Positions 36,356 through 49,460 are shown, counted from the first letter of the stretch. The stretch is 64,000 bases of DNA from Ginglymostoma cirratum (GCA_024137785.1 JAHRHZ010000012.1:64009344-64073343), one strand, 5' to 3'. A program made the numbers and translations. The notes: generated by a model from the sequence alone, not told the origin.

Positions 36356-36659
36356 TGGAGTTCCTTGTTGCTTTTATGGTTCCAATGAACTTTTGAACTC
36401 CCTTGAGACCACTTTTGAACATACTCCAGTTGTGATCCCACCAATGGCCTGTAGGATAATGTAAACTGTTACTCCTACTCAATCCGTCTTTTATACAATT
36501 TGCTTTATTGATAGGCTGTAGATACTGCAATGCAAGTTAGCTGTTGTGTATAATGACATCCAGTTTCTGAATACCACCAAATCAGTTTTTTTACCAGAAA
36601 CAACTTATCCAGCCATAAATCCTTGTGCTACAAGAACACACCCAATGTCTGCAGAGTTC

Positions 36660-37180
36660 TGCAGTGAGTAGCTTGCCTCATCCCCCAGTGTGTCCATTTA
36701 CAAGGAACATGCTGAAGGTGTGATTTGAACAATCTTCACTGGCTGTGGGTGTAGTTCCGTACACCAAGCTAAACAGCGTCCTGGACAAAGTAGCCTGATT
36801 GTTTGGCCACTGGCCCCACAAGCACTGCCTTCAACATTCCCTCCCTCCATATCGCAATCGGCAGCAGTGTACTATCTGCAAGATGTGCTACAGCAACTCA
36901 CCGAGGCTCCTGCAGCAGTACTGTCTAAACCCACGACCCCTTACCTAGAAGGACAAGGCAGCAGCTGCATCAGAACATCACAAGCTGCAGGTTCCTCCAA
37001 ATCTCTCTATCATGACTTGGCACTAATTGTTGTTGGATCGATATACAAAACTTCCTACTCCACTGAGGATGCCCCTCCAAGGATGGCAGTAGTTCAAGAA
37101 GGTAGTTCAGCACTACCACTTTGAGAGTTTTTGAAGATTGGCAATAAATGCTTGCCTAGCTGGCAACATCCTCAATGCAT
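36660..37180 (+). mobile_element. 3' fragment of the 7092-9391 LINE family
   Basis: GCAGCAGTGTACTATCTGCAAGATG, TTCAAGAAGGTAGTTCAGCACTACC, GGCAATAAATGCTTGCCTAGC. Confidence 0.65.
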
Positions 37181-37639
37181 ATGAAGTCTTTGCTTCAGTT
37201 TAAATAATTTGACAAAGGCCTGTTTCATACAGCATAGTCAACCAGTCTTAAACTTCTAAATCAATGTCATAAATGATGACTGGAATTAATTCTATATAAA
37301 TAGGTTAACACTGCAATTGTGTGTTTCAAGCATTGCAGACTTTAACACTTAGCAGTTTGCCTGAATGTAATTAATGAGCAACAGTAGCATAGATACTAGG
37401 TATCACCTATGATAATTGAAGGCTTTTAATCCTTGGCAAGATTTAGTATCTAAACAATTGTGCCAAAGTGAGGCATTTGCTCCATTGGAGTCCATTATCC
37501 CTTTCTAGCATGAATGCAGTCACTCAGTTTTGAAATGCTGGCAGTAATTTTCTTGGTTAGGATGCTAATGAGGAGAGAATTTTAAATAAAACTCATTATT
37601 TTCTCTCATTTGGACACCAAACAGACTTAATTTATCTTG

Positions 37640-38330
37640 CCCAATAACTTCAAATTAGTTAACATTGCACCTGTGATAGGATGTGACACAAATAGGTGTA
37701 AAAGTGGGGGTACAAACAGAGATTTTGATAGGCTAAGTGGGCAAAGAGTTGAGAAATGGAATGCGTGGGAAAATGAACTTTATTTTGTAAGGGAGAAAGA
37801 AGAGCAGCATTATTTAAATGGGAAAAAAGCTGCAACACAAAGGGATTTGTGGGTACCTGTGCATGATACCCAGAAAGCTTGTACACAATTACAGCAGGTA
37901 ATCAAGAAGACTAGTGGGATGTTGGCCCTTCTTTCAGGGGGTTTGGAGTGAGTGGTAAGGCTTACTGCAACTGTAGAAGCTGATGGTAACTCCATATCTG
38001 GAGTATGGAGCACTTTTGGCCCCCTTAAGGAAAGATGCTATTTCATTGGAGGCAGTTCAGACCAAGTTCATTGGGATGATCCCACAAATGGGCGGACTGT
38101 TCTGTGAGCAAAGGCTAAACAGGTTGGGTCTCTACTTGAGTATAGAAGAATGAGGGGCGATCTCATTGAAACACGGTTTTTTAGACACTTGGTGTGGTGA
38201 ATGCTGAGAATGTTTCCCTTCATGGGATAGCCTAGAACCAGAGAGCATAGCCTCAAACAAAGGGATGCCTGAAGAATTATTTTCTGAAGGTGGTTTTGAA
38301 ATACCTTGCCATGGAGGTGTGGTGGCAGGG
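37640..38330 (+). mobile_element. Decayed CR1 fragment
   Basis: QRDLWVPVHDTQK..QQVIKKTSGMLA, CCATATCTGGAGTAT, AGAAGAATGAGGGGCGATCTCATTGAAAC. Confidence 0.65.
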
Positions 38331-39181
38331 ATGGACAGGTGGACTTTCAAAATTTCACTTTAAAATTTTAGCTTGCTTCAATGTTTGTTTTTATATTAAA
38401 ATACTCACTGCAATGCCCACAATTTTGTGCTAGCTTGGGATTGACAGATAACTGACTTTCAATAATGACAGGAAATTTATTTAAATGTTATGCCTATCTT
38501 AGCCACAGAAAGCTAAGATGTGCATTGTGCACGTCTATAGCTTCAAGTCTGAAAGTGACATTTGTTCGGTTCAGCTGGAGTACCAAAATCAAGGTTGATG
38601 CTTTAATGCAGTCCCTCTGAACTGCTGTTGAAGCACTTCCATTCAAGTGAACTTTTTAAATGGGGACTACCTCTTCTAATCTCTGAGAATCTTCAGTATC
38701 CACCTGGGACTATTTTTGAAGTACAGTTGAATTAATCCAAAAAATTGCAATATTATCTTGTTTTAATTCCAGTTAATGGCTTTTGATAGTTAATTGTTGG
38801 ATTAACTCAGCGTAAGGCCTCCAATTTCCTGATCTGGGATGATAGGAGTTTCCATCACTTAGAAGCTGACAATATAGTCACCTATCTTGGAATAGAATGA
38901 GATGGCTTGTGCACAAACACATACATCCTGCAAAAATGTACTTGAGTAAGATGGCATACTTGTGGTATTGTGTACTTGGCATGCATCATGAGTGAGTGAT
39001 TGCCCAAAACACTTTATTTTCATTGGGTTACTTGTGTACTTTCCTGCCTTGTAAACAGTTAAACCTTCCAATCACTGCAGCTCAAGGTAGTTTTTAATAA
39101 ATCTCTATTCTTATGAATGCATTTCAACTTGGATTAAAAATGACATGACCACATTTTGTTCTTTTGGCAGGACCAACTAAA

Positions 39182-39232
39182 ATGGCATCTAACCTTGTCA
39201 GTATGTTGCTGCAGCAAGCAATGCAATCTCCT
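39182..39232 (+). CDS. ANXA1: Annexin A1-like exon 2, coding part (MASNLVSMLLQQAMQSP); exon starts at 39171
   Basis: TTTTGTTCTTTTGGCAG acceptor, AAAATGG Kozak context, CCT|GTAAGT donor in phase 0. Resembles ANXA1 MAMVSEFLKQA. Confidence 0.8.
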
Positions 39233-39969
39233 GTAAGTTTTTTTATACTTTTCAGATTCCTTTTTTACAATTGCTTCTAGTATCCTTTCATGTACTAGGA
39301 GCAGTAAGATTTCTACATTTATCACTGTAGGTAAGTTTTTCAGATCATGAGTCATGTGAATTGAAAAGACAAAATAGCTGCCAAGTTTTAGGGAAGACTC
39401 TGGTTTTTAAACTCTGCTACATGTAGTTTGTCTTTTGTCTACTTTTTACAATCTTCAAACATGGAAAAGACTGCAGACCATGAAGCCTGTCACTTTGAGT
39501 CAAACCATGACTTCTTCTGGCTCTCATCTGCTGATTCACTACACTTTTTTGTATTAAAATCTGAAATTAGTTCCTTCAATCTAATGTAACTTTAGTTTCT
39601 AACTGGAAAGCTTTTCTTAAACTTAAAGATTGAGTTTAGCAGGCAGCCAACCCAGTAAACGATTCTTGCTATCATTAATATTGGACAATCAGATCCCAGA
39701 ATTTAATCTAGCTAACAATTAAAAAACCATACCAAACTAAGTGTTTAGCAAGATCTAAAATGGCCAAAAAGTTTCAACTTCCCTGATGTTACAGACTACA
39801 ATACAAACAAATTGAGCTCTACATCCACCTGCATAACTGAGTCATAACTTCTTTGCTGTGATCTATAGAGATGGTCCTGTTTTGAATTGCCTAATAGTTT
39901 GGGGGAAAATGGGCCAAGAGAATTCAACAGAAGAGCAGCAGCAGGCCTTAAGTTTGTCATAGGGTATAT

Positions 39970-40360
39970 TTCCATGCTGTAGGATTCTTTGGTCCAACTA
40001 GTCCATGCTGACCATGTTCTCAAACTAGTCTAGTCCCACTTGCTTGTGTTTGGCCTATATCTGTATTCGTGTACCTATCCAAATGTCCTTTAAATGTTGT
40101 ACCTACAGTCACCACTTCCTCTGACAGTTCATTCCACACACGAGCCACTATTTTTAAAAGAAAAGTTGCCTTATGTCATTTTTAAAAAAAATTTCTCCTG
40201 CCACCATCTACATTTGCTCCCTAGTAGACCCTTGCTATTCACCTTATCCATGCCCCTCATGATTTTATAAACTTCTAAGGTCACCCCTTGACTTCCTATT
40301 CTCCAGGGGAAAAATAAATCCCAGGCTATCTTCACCCACCCTCTGGTCCCAGCAATATCC
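39970..40360 (-). mobile_element. CR1/HER1 3' fragment
   Basis: Reverse complement of LEVYKIMRGMDKVN plus the HER1-like tail. Confidence 0.7.
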
Positions 40361-40689
40361 TGTAGTTCATGATGTTTAGCCAAAAAAGGGGTTCTGTCTA
40401 AAGGATGAACCACCTGGGATTAACAAACATGGTCAAAGAATAAGGTACCCAGTGCAATAAGAACAAGTCAGGCCAGATGAGAACCAGGAGCACATAGGGA
40501 GAAAATTGACTTGTGAAACTTAATGGACAAGTGTGAAAATGACAAGTTTCTACAGATGTATGTTTTAAAAAGTAGACGGGATGGAACTTGAGGATGCAAC
40601 TGGGGAATTGACAACATTGGGAAAGAATAACTTAAAACATTTCTTAGTCTTCTTGAGAGCAAACAGATTCAACATCCTAAAGATAACAT

Positions 40690-42900
40690 TAAACAAGGTG
40701 CTAATGGAGGGGGAAAAGTCTTGAGTCTATTGAGAAGCAAAGTATTTGATAAACTAATGGGACTAAAAGCAGATATCCCTAGGACCTGATGACAGCTCTC
40801 ATCCAAGGTTTTTAAAAGTGGCTGCAGAGATAGTGGAGGCATTGGGCAAAATATTCCAGAACTCTTTGGAATATGTGTTGCCCCTGTTTAAGAAGGGAGT
40901 GAGACAAAGCCAGAAGACAGCCAAACACATGTTGGGCAAGTGCTAAGTCCTCAAAGGATGAAATAACAGGACACTTGAAAGCTTTAATGCAAGCTGACAA
41001 TCAAAACTATTATTTTTTTCACAACTATGACAAACTTGACAGTTCTTTTGACATAATGAGCAGCTGCCAAAGGGGGACTGGCAGAATATTTTTTGGAAAT
41101 CTGAAGGTGCCACCTGAGAGGTTTGTGAACCAGATGCAAGTTCACTCTAATGGGGTATTGATTTAGTCTGGATTAAGAATAGGTAAACAAAAACTAGGAA
41201 CACAAACTCTGTCCCTTCTAGCCTGCTATGCCATACAAAGAGGATCAAGAATAATAATCTCCACACAATTCTTGCTTTGTCTACATTTCCCTTGATATCT
41301 CTGAATACCAAGTATTAATCTTTCATAGAATCCCTACAATGTGGAAACAGGCCCTTCAGCCCAACAAGTCCACACCAAACCCCAGAGCATCCCACCCAGA
41401 CCTATCCCCCTATAACCCACCTAATCTACACCTCCCTGAACACTATGAGCAATTTAGCATGGCCAATCCACCTAACCTACACACTTTTGGACTGCGGGGG
41501 GGTGGAAACCAGAGCACTGAGGAAAGCCACACAGACACTGGGAGAATGTGCAAACTCCACACAGACAGTTGCCTGAGGCTGGAATCAAACCTGGGTCTCT
41601 GGCACTGTGAGGCAGCAGTGCTAACCACTGTGCCACTGTGAATATAGTCAATAACTTGGGCATTTGCAAATCTTCTTTCAACAGTCAACCAGTGGGAAGT
41701 ATTTTCCCCTAGGTTCTAAATGGTTTACACCATTTCTGGCACTTGTGACTCCTCTTTTAGCCTCTTCAACCAGGGAAACATTCCCTGGATCTTGTCTATC
41801 CAGTCCTGTTAATTATTTCTGTCCAATTTCTCCTATCTTCTGAACTCTTTTGTCTGGGTCTGTACTCACTAATCTCAACATTCCTGGTATTGGCCCAGTA
41901 AACCATTACTGCACTATAGTCAGCATACACTCCCTCCCTTTTGGGTAGGGAGCCCAGAACTGCACAAAATACTGAGACCCTGTATAACTAGCAGGACAAC
42001 CTTACTTTTGAACTTTGAATCCCCTTGCTATGAAGGTACTTGCTTTTCTAATTGTTGCATCTGCTTGTTTTTTCATTGGTGTATAAAAACACTTAGATTC
42101 CTCTGTACATCCATGTTTTCCAATCTATCACCACTCTGCTGGTTTTAACACTTGTTGGCATATGAATATAATGTGAATAAATGCCAAGTATTTGCCCACA
42201 TGCAACTTGGCTAGATTGCCCTGAATTTTTGTTGCATCCTCATGCTCAATCCCACAAAAGACAGTTGAAATTTAAAAATTTTTTTTTGGGTTGGAAAGAT
42301 GTAACTAGTCCACTACCACAAAAATCAGTCCTAGGGCTGCAATTATTGACTACTTACATTCTTGCCTTGGAGGGAGTAAAGTCAATGTATCCAAACATGC
42401 TGATGCACAAGTAGGGAACGTTGTGACGAGGACTAGAATCTGCAAGGGAATATAGATGGATTGAGGTGGGCAAAAGTTTGGCAGATGGCTATTAATTCAT
42501 TGTTGGATGAGATGAATCAAAAGGCAAACATTATTTAAATACTCAAGCTTTTTAAAAAGAAAATCTGGTAGTTGTGCACAAATATTACCATGCAGGCACA
42601 GTCGGTGACTAAAGCGGCAAATGGAATTTTGGCCCTTATTGCAAGTGGATTGCGAATTTTTTAAAGGATACATTCCTATAATTGTATAGGACTTGATTTT
42701 GATTTATTGTCAGGTGTACCAAAGTACAGTGAAAAGCTGAGTAGTATTGTGTACAGTGTTGTTCCCTGCTTTGGAAATAGGTACAGAAAATAAGCTACTC
42801 AAGATTAACTAGGCTGATTCCCAGAATGAAGGGGTTGACTTAGCAAGAGCAGCCGAGGCCTTTATTGATTAGCGTTTCGTCGAATGAGGGTGATCCTTCC
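40690..42900. mobile_element. Cluster of decayed CR1 fragments in both orientations in intron 2
   Basis: GLKA.SLGPD..HP.FLK.VAAEIVEAL-like DNA (40760-40850, +); GGGAGCCCAGAACTGCACAAATACT (-); GCAAATGGAATTTTGGCC (+). Boundaries approximate. Confidence 0.55.
41324..41640 (-). mobile_element. HE1-type SINE
   Basis: Head GTGGCACAGTGGTTAGCACTGCTGCCTCACAGTGCCAGAGACCCAGGTTTGATTCC, core GGAGTTTGCACATTCTCC, tail GGGCTGAAGGGCCTGTTTCCACATTGTAGGGATTCTATGA matching the CR1 tail at ~13255-13295. Confidence 0.9.
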
Positions 42901-43019
42901 TACATTAAGCTTTCCTACATTAAAACGCATCTGCCCAGTTGGTTGGCCTACTTGGTCAACCCCTCAATATCACATTTCCTCTCCTTCCATTAATGGAGGA
43001 TGGATGGACTAATCTCATT

Positions 43020-43450
43020 TGAAACAAACTGGTGGAGAAACTCTGACCTGGCAGCATCTGTGGAGAGAAAACAGTTAATGTTTCAAGTCTAGTGACCCTT
43101 CAGGATTTTTCCTGACTCTCTTCCCAAGCCTAATTACATGGTTGGTTGGGAACTCATACCTCCTAAGGCCTTGTTTAAGTGCTTTGTGAACTTGATTAGA
43201 GATCAATATTTAAACAGTTCAGAAATGTTACATGTTTTGGAATCTAAACCCGGATTTCAATTTTTAATTGGACTGCAAAGAAACTCCATTATTCCCCTAA
43301 GCAAAGTTAATGTTTTCTCCTTGAGTTTTCCCTAAAGTTAACAGTAACCCTCATGAAGGGGCAGTAGACTCGACATTAACTCCTCTTTCTCTCCACAGAC
43401 GCTGCCAGACCTTTTGAGTTTCTCCAGCATCTGTAGTTCTGTTTGCTTTA
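43020..43450. mobile_element. Inverted pair of family-B arms (43020-43105 -, 43350-43450 +) separated by ~245 bp
   Basis: TGGCAGCATCTGTGGAGAGAAAACAGTTAATG versus CATTAACT..TTTCTCTCCACAGACGCTGCCA. Confidence 0.65.
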
Positions 43451-44736
43451 GGAAAGCAGGCCTACTGTTGCATTATTACCTCTTTACTCAAACCTGGGCA
43501 GCATTCAATGCCTAAGATCTTGTACTTGTATCTCAACTTTAAGAAAACAGTAAAAAGGCTGAGCATGACTGCTTCTGCATTACTTTAGCTACACTTTGCG
43601 TGTGCTACCTCTTGATCTTGGAAAATCAAGGGCAAATCAGGACTCTGTTTCATAGGCAAATAATGAGCCATGGTTCTCTTCCTTGCCTTAGATTTCTCTC
43701 CCTCTTTTGCTTGCCCTGATGACCCTCAAGCCTAACTTGCATTGTGCATAACCATCTTGATGGGCACATGCATTTGGAATTGACAGCTTCCTCTGATGCA
43801 ACAGCTGTTTGGATCTGCACATGGCAGGATCTGTGATAAACTGCCTGGCTAGATCAGGGTCTGGTTCCTAACTGAGTCCTGTTAAATGTGACATCATTGG
43901 GAGAAAGTGGAGTGGAAAGCTAGTTAATAGTAAATAATAAATGAATCATAGAACCAATACCAATTCTTCTAGAAACTGATACTAGCAAAGATGGCTGTCT
44001 TACTGTGCCTTGGATTTCAAATCATCTATCTTAGAATAAAATGCACTGAACCCATGACAATGATGCTACATTAGCCTCTTGATGGGCCAGCCAGGCTGTG
44101 TTGAACTGCCTGTCAACCACTTTTGACTCCAACTTTTTGTTTTAGAAATGTTTTCTCATCCTGTAAATGAATTGCTTTGCCACTTGGATATCATCTTGTA
44201 CCAGTTTAGCAGTTAGAAAGGGATGAAAGCAAGACATAATTTTGCTTAATGCCTCCATTTGAAATGGGACCAAAGTGACACTAACCTGCCACTTGGGTGG
44301 AAAGACCACATCTGCCAATGCTGGCACAATATTGAAGAGCATGTGCCAACTGTTCAGGTGCATGGCCAACTTGCTTCAGTTTCCTTTTATACCACAGGCT
44401 AACCTTTGTTTAAAACCTGCTATCTTGTGAATGAATAAGAAAGCAGTGATATCTTGATGTGAAACATCACATTATGCCCTATAATTGATTCTGCCTAGAA
44501 AAGTGGCACTATTTCTAGACTTAAAAATGGAAACCCACCAATCTGCCTTAGGTGACTATATATTGTCAATTCAATCTCTGAATAATGACCTAGTTTGCGA
44601 AAGAGAATGCAAGTGTACAGCAATTTTTATTTTAGATAGTATGTTCAATGCAATTAAACTGCAAACTAAAGCAGATGTAGATATTTTTGATTCTGAAATC
44701 CCTTCCCTTTTTCCTTCTTCATTCTTGTCTACCCAG

Positions 44737-44830
44737 CTCCCTTCCCCCAGTGGACCAACAGTTACTCCATTTCCTAACTTTGATGCAAGTGCTGATGCTG
44801 CTGCTTTAAATAATGCACTCCAGGCAGAAG
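44737..44830 (+). CDS. ANXA1: Annexin exon 3 (LPSPSGPTVTPFPNFDASADAAALNNALQAE-G)
   Basis: Polypyrimidine + CAG acceptor, G|GTAAAC donor, phase 0 to 1. Start of annexin repeat 1. Confidence 0.9.
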
Positions 44831-44899
44831 GTAAACAAACTTCTTTCTTTTCTGGGGCAGAGTTATTTGTGTGCTTAAACAAGTAAAATCAAATGTCTG

Positions 44900-45190
44900 C
44901 ATAGTTCATGGTAGAATCCCTACAGTGTGGAAACAGGCCCTTTGGCTCAAGTCCACAGCATCCCACCCAGACCTATTTTCCCCCATAACCCACCTAATCT
45001 ACACATTCCTGAACATTATAGACAATCTAACGTGGCAAATCTGCCTAGCCTGAACATCTTTGGACTGTGGGAGGAAACCAGAGGAAACAGACACGAGGAG
45101 AATGTGCAAACTCCTCAGTCTCTCCAGGATGAGAATTGAACCCATGCATGGTGCTGAGAGGCAGCAATGCTAACCACTGTGCCACCCTGC
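44900..45190 (-). mobile_element. HE1-type SINE
   Basis: Similar to 41324-41640 along its length. Confidence 0.85.
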
Positions 45191-45514
45191 AAATGGCTGA
45201 TGTGGATACACAATTCTACGTAGTACTTATTTAGAGCAGGTTTTAATAGCTGAAATCTAGGAACCCATTTTGAATGAAAACTTAAAGAACTACACATTTT
45301 GGGTACAAATACAATATTTCACTCACTGATTGTGGTTTCCATTTCAAACAGAAAGGAACTTTCCCCAACCCCAGCTGATACCTCTTGTAGCAAAAGTCAA
45401 TGTTCCCAATGAATGGGTTAGGGGTTTATTTTGTGCTCTTATTTCTGTAATAAAGCAATGATGTTTTATAGTTGAATGGGAATGGCTGACTTTTTTTCTT
45501 GGAATCTTTTCCAG

Positions 45515-45609
45515 GTGTGGATGAAGAAACAATTATAAACATTCTGACATCCCGCAGCAACTGGCAGCGTCAACAAATAGCAGCTGAATATCAACAAAGT
45601 GTAGGAAAG
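45515..45609 (+). CDS. ANXA1: Annexin exon 4 (GVDEETIINILTSRSNWQRQQIAAEYQQSVGK)
   Basis: 95 nt, AG/GT, same size as human ANXA1 exon 4. Confidence 0.96.
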
Positions 45610-45779
45610 GTCAGTTCTACAATGCAGTGTTTTTTTCCATTTCGAAATGCTGATTAAGTGGTAATTGTGCTTGGGAGAGCTAACTCCAAAAACAAGTATG
45701 AAGTGATTGCTTAAATGGTGTGACGGCTCTAAATTTTCCTTAATTATTTGAAGGAATGATATTTGTTATTTCTCTATAG

Positions 45780-45893
45780 CAACTGAAAGCTGTCTTGAAG
45801 AGCAAATTGTCCAGTAAACTGGAGGCTGTAGCCCTTGGCCTGATGAGAACTCCTGCCCAATTTGATGCAGATCAGCTGCATGGAGCTATTCAG
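45780..45893 (+). CDS. ANXA1: Annexin exon 5 (QLKAVLKSKLSSKLEAVALGLMRTPAQFDADQLHGAIQ)
   Basis: 114 nt, AG/GT. TPAQFDAD as in ANXA1. Confidence 0.96.
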
Positions 45894-47583
45894 GTATGTT
45901 TTTCAAAATCCTAACAAAGCAATTTCTCAACCATTGGGACAGTAATACTCTTGGAGTGGGTCAGGGAATAAGTTAGCAGCCTGAATTCCCTAGACCGTTT
46001 TGTACCCTCTTGTACACTTAAGCAGCAAACATCATGGGACCAGAAGCTACTGAAACACTTGTAGAATCTCAACTTATTTATTGCAATCATCCAGCAAGTT
46101 TAAAGATTTCAATAGACAAGTTGTTGCAACATGTCATATTTGGTTTGCTCAAACAGCATTCATTGAGTCTCAATGGTTATTGTACCCAAGGTCTTTCACC
46201 CACCCTTAGTGTGACCAAGCCAGAGAAGTATTTTATCTAGTGCCATTGACTGTGGCTTCCTTACCTGCTTTGATAATTTTGTGAATTGTCTAATGTCTTA
46301 ATTGAACTCTGTCTCCTCAGCTGCCCTGAAATTCAGATTGCAGGGCCCCATCAACCTCTGTCATGATGTTGGTATTGACCTGGACTATGACTTCCAATTG
46401 TTTTGCCAATTCCTACCTTGCATAGCTGTGCCACTCCCAGTGCTATGGACTTTGTTTTTCTGGAAAATACAACAGCCATCAGTAACCAAAATGGAATATC
46501 TGTTAGGTTGTACCAGATGTTTCCTCTACTACCTGCCTGGTGCTCTTATTCTCTGATCATCACCCTTTCTACCTTTTTACTCTTTCACTGCAGTTTGGCA
46601 ATCCAACTGTACGTATTATCGGCAAAAGCCTCAGCCTTGAGGTGATTCTAGCTGCTGCTCCAGATCTCATGAATTTACTGTAGCTGTACCAATGGAAACT
46701 CCCTGGAAACATGGCCAAGCCCTGGGCTCCTCCCTAACTTTCACCACAGCACTAAGCCAACCTGTCATGCTATGACTTATCCTTTAAATTGCACTGTTAG
46801 TTTACTTCCTGCATATACAGGACATTACCTCATTTCTACGTTAAGCACTTTGGATTAAAATTGTTTGATGTTATACAAAGGTTGGACAGTAAAAATCTCC
46901 ACTTGGCTCTGTTATCAAAGTCATGACTTAGTCCATACTGGTTGCTGATGATCCCATTTGAGCTTTTTTCCTGCACTACTTGAAATATTTTCAAAGCTCA
47001 CCCCTCTGTGCAGCTTTTCACTATTTTCCTTGAGGCCTTCTTGCACTCGTTGGCTTATTTATTTATTTGTTGTCTCTCAACTTGAGAATTTCTGCTCTTC
47101 CCCCAACCCATCATGCTGTTTTTTTGCCTTTAAAACATTGATGTACTTTTGTGTACTAATTGGTAAAGATGATTTTCAAATGTAATAGAAAAGACTTTCA
47201 TCACTAAACAGCTAGCTCCCTGATTTTCAGTAGGGAAAGAACCAATTTTCACTGGGTTCCATTAAATATGGTTCAATCTCTGCCTGTCACAGGGTCCTTG
47301 CTTTGTCTATTTTGCAGTCATCCTCTCCTTTTTTGGAATTTGAATAAGGAAGGTAAATTAGCCAGGAAAGGATAAGCTGGATAGATAAGAATTTCAGGTG
47401 GATTGGCATAAAAACAAATGTAGATGCCATTGAGGAATAGGGGTATAAACGGTCAGAGATCAGCAGAGAAGGTGATAGAACCATCACAATGAATCTGTGC
47501 CATAGTTTCTAATGTGTCATTTTAGTGGTTTTTAACCTGATGTACAACTAAAGGGTATTAATTTCAACTTTTTATGCTGGTAG

Positions 47584-47674
47584 GGTCTTGGTACTGATGA
47601 AGACTGTCTGGTAGAGATACTGGTATCCAGGAGCAACAGAGAGATCAAGGATATCATTAAAGCATACAAAGAAG
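47584..47674 (+). CDS. ANXA1: Annexin exon 6 ([31 protein letters not shown])
   Basis: 91 nt, AG/GT. GxGTDE type II Ca2+ loop. Confidence 0.96.
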
Positions 47675-47768
47675 GTAATACACTTCATGATGGGTGATCT
47701 AAAGGGATACTGGAAAAGCATATGGGTCACTCTTGACAGATTGCTAACAATTGCATTTTGTCTTGTAG

Positions 47769-47848
47769 AATTCAAGAGTGACTTGGAGAAAAAGATCAAG
47801 GGTGATACATCAGGGGATTTCCAAAAAGCTTTAATTGCTCTGCTTAAG
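47769..47848 (+). CDS. ANXA1: Annexin exon 7 (FKSDLEKKIKGDTSGDFQKALIALLK)
   Basis: 80 nt, AG/GT. DTSGDF motif. Confidence 0.96.
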
Positions 47849-48705
47849 GTATAGTATTTTAATACTGAAGTACATGTTCAAAACAGCAACTTCAACAACA
47901 GCAATCTTTATTCAAAAGATTTCCATCTTTCTACTGGAACACTTTGCCTAGTACATCAATATGTATGTGGGCTAATGTTAACATGAAAAGTCCCACCCTC
48001 ACCTGAAGTGTGGTGACTTTTCAGTTAAACCATGGCCAGTTTAATCTCTAAGAATAGTGCTGTGTTTCTCTGGAACTATAGTGACAAACTTTTATTCTTG
48101 AAATGTGCTAAGCACCACTACTTAGGAAACTGCTCCCACTAAAATTGAGAAGTAAATGCCAACAAGACTAATGAGTACCGATACTCTCTTTTATGGTGCA
48201 GTCTTAAAATCTTGGCAAATAACAGAAATGGGAGTATCTTGGAACTGAATTTTCAAGCCTATTAAAACTTGAATGGGAGAAGGGCATGTCTATAATGGGT
48301 TTGCAGTTGCTTGCTGGGGATAGTTGACTCCCAGAGTATATTTGGGGTCTCTCTCATTGTATGTTAGACATCAACTGATGACGGTCAATCTTTGGGTATG
48401 AAAGGGGAAATAAACCGATGGAAATAACTCACTTGCATAGTAAGAACTGCTAATGCTGGAGTCAGATAACAATTATTCCTCCAAAGGATATTGAATACAA
48501 CAGCTTCAAAGTTTTGAACTTTGGTGCCAGACCCATTTGAGTCTTCTAGCACTGCTTTTATTTCAAATTGATTTTTCAGTATCTTAATGAACATAAAATA
48601 AGCTACCTAACTTATTTTGACTATATAAATTCTGGTGCCATTCAAGGCCTATATGTCTATGATAGCAAATATGACATGCATCAATTTAAATCTTCTCTAT
48701 TGCAG

Positions 48706-48762
48706 GCATCTAGAGATGAAAGTTGTACAGTGGATCATGATCTTGCTGATGATGATGCAAGG
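48706..48762 (+). CDS. ANXA1: Annexin exon 8 (ASRDESCTVDHDLADDDAR)
   Basis: 57 nt, AG/GT. 19-aa linker with DLAD.DAR as in ANXA1. Confidence 0.95.
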
Positions 48763-48856
48763 GTGAGTTGATTGCTTTGCTTTTCTCCAAATTCCTGTGA
48801 ATTTTTTAGCAGAAAAATTTTAACTGCAGAACTATACTTGTACACTTTTAATGTAG

Positions 48857-48950
48857 GCTTTGTATGAAGCTGGTGAAAAAAGGAAGGGGACTGATGTTGA
48901 CCCCTTCATTAAAATTCTTACAAGCCGAAATGCTGCACACATGCGAACAG
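48857..48950 (+). CDS. ANXA1: Annexin exon 9 ([32 protein letters not shown])
   Basis: 94 nt, AG/GT. ALYEAGE.RKGTDV is typical of ANXA1. Confidence 0.96.
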
Positions 48951-49353
48951 GTAAGAGAACGAAACTGTCAATAATCCAGTGAAGATGTTCAAACACTTGA
49001 CTCAAACCAAGCTGTCTTAACTTAATCAATTAAGATGTGTAAATTTTTTTTGATTTGGGTGTCTAAACATTTGCAGCAACAGTAGAATTCAGTTGCTTAA
49101 GATGTTTAACATGAAGTCTGCCTTTGCTGACCACAGATTCTTGCAGTCAGTCAAGCAACCTTGTCATTCCCTCATGGGGCCAGAAGCCTGGGTTCAAGCA
49201 GCATGTGCTTAATGTCATAATATGCCTGAACAAGTCAATTAAATTTAGGGAGATGTTGGGGGTAAAAAAGTAATGTCAGTGGATAATTAGACCAGAGCCC
49301 AGGGACATGGGTTCAGATGCCAGCACGGGATTTGAACAAGTAATGATGGCTGT

Positions 49354-49460
49354 TGTGGTGCAGTAGTAGTCTTTTACATGTGGACTAGAAGGCCTGGGTT
49401 CAAGGCCACCTGCTCCAAAGCATGTATTAACATCTCTGAATAGGTTGATTAGAGAATATC
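49354..49460 (+). mobile_element. Short tRNA-derived SINE fragment (related copy at ~49165-49245)
   Basis: TGTGGTGCAGTAGTAG..GGCCTGGGTTCAAG A/B-box-like head; similar downstream sequence in both copies. Confidence 0.5.

Noticed and set aside
39256-39330. Possible extra annexin exon (TTTTCAG..CTGTAG|GTAAGT)
   Set aside because: Only 23 nt from the exon 2 donor, and the in-phase reading ends in TAG.
44751-44830. Alternative acceptor CCCCCAG|T in exon 3
   Set aside because: Would shift frame relative to the phase-0 exon 2 donor.
44485-44886. 133-aa ORF as a single-exon gene
   Set aside because: Intron read-through around annexin exon 3; the same applies to ORFs 48568-48771 and 58095-58280.
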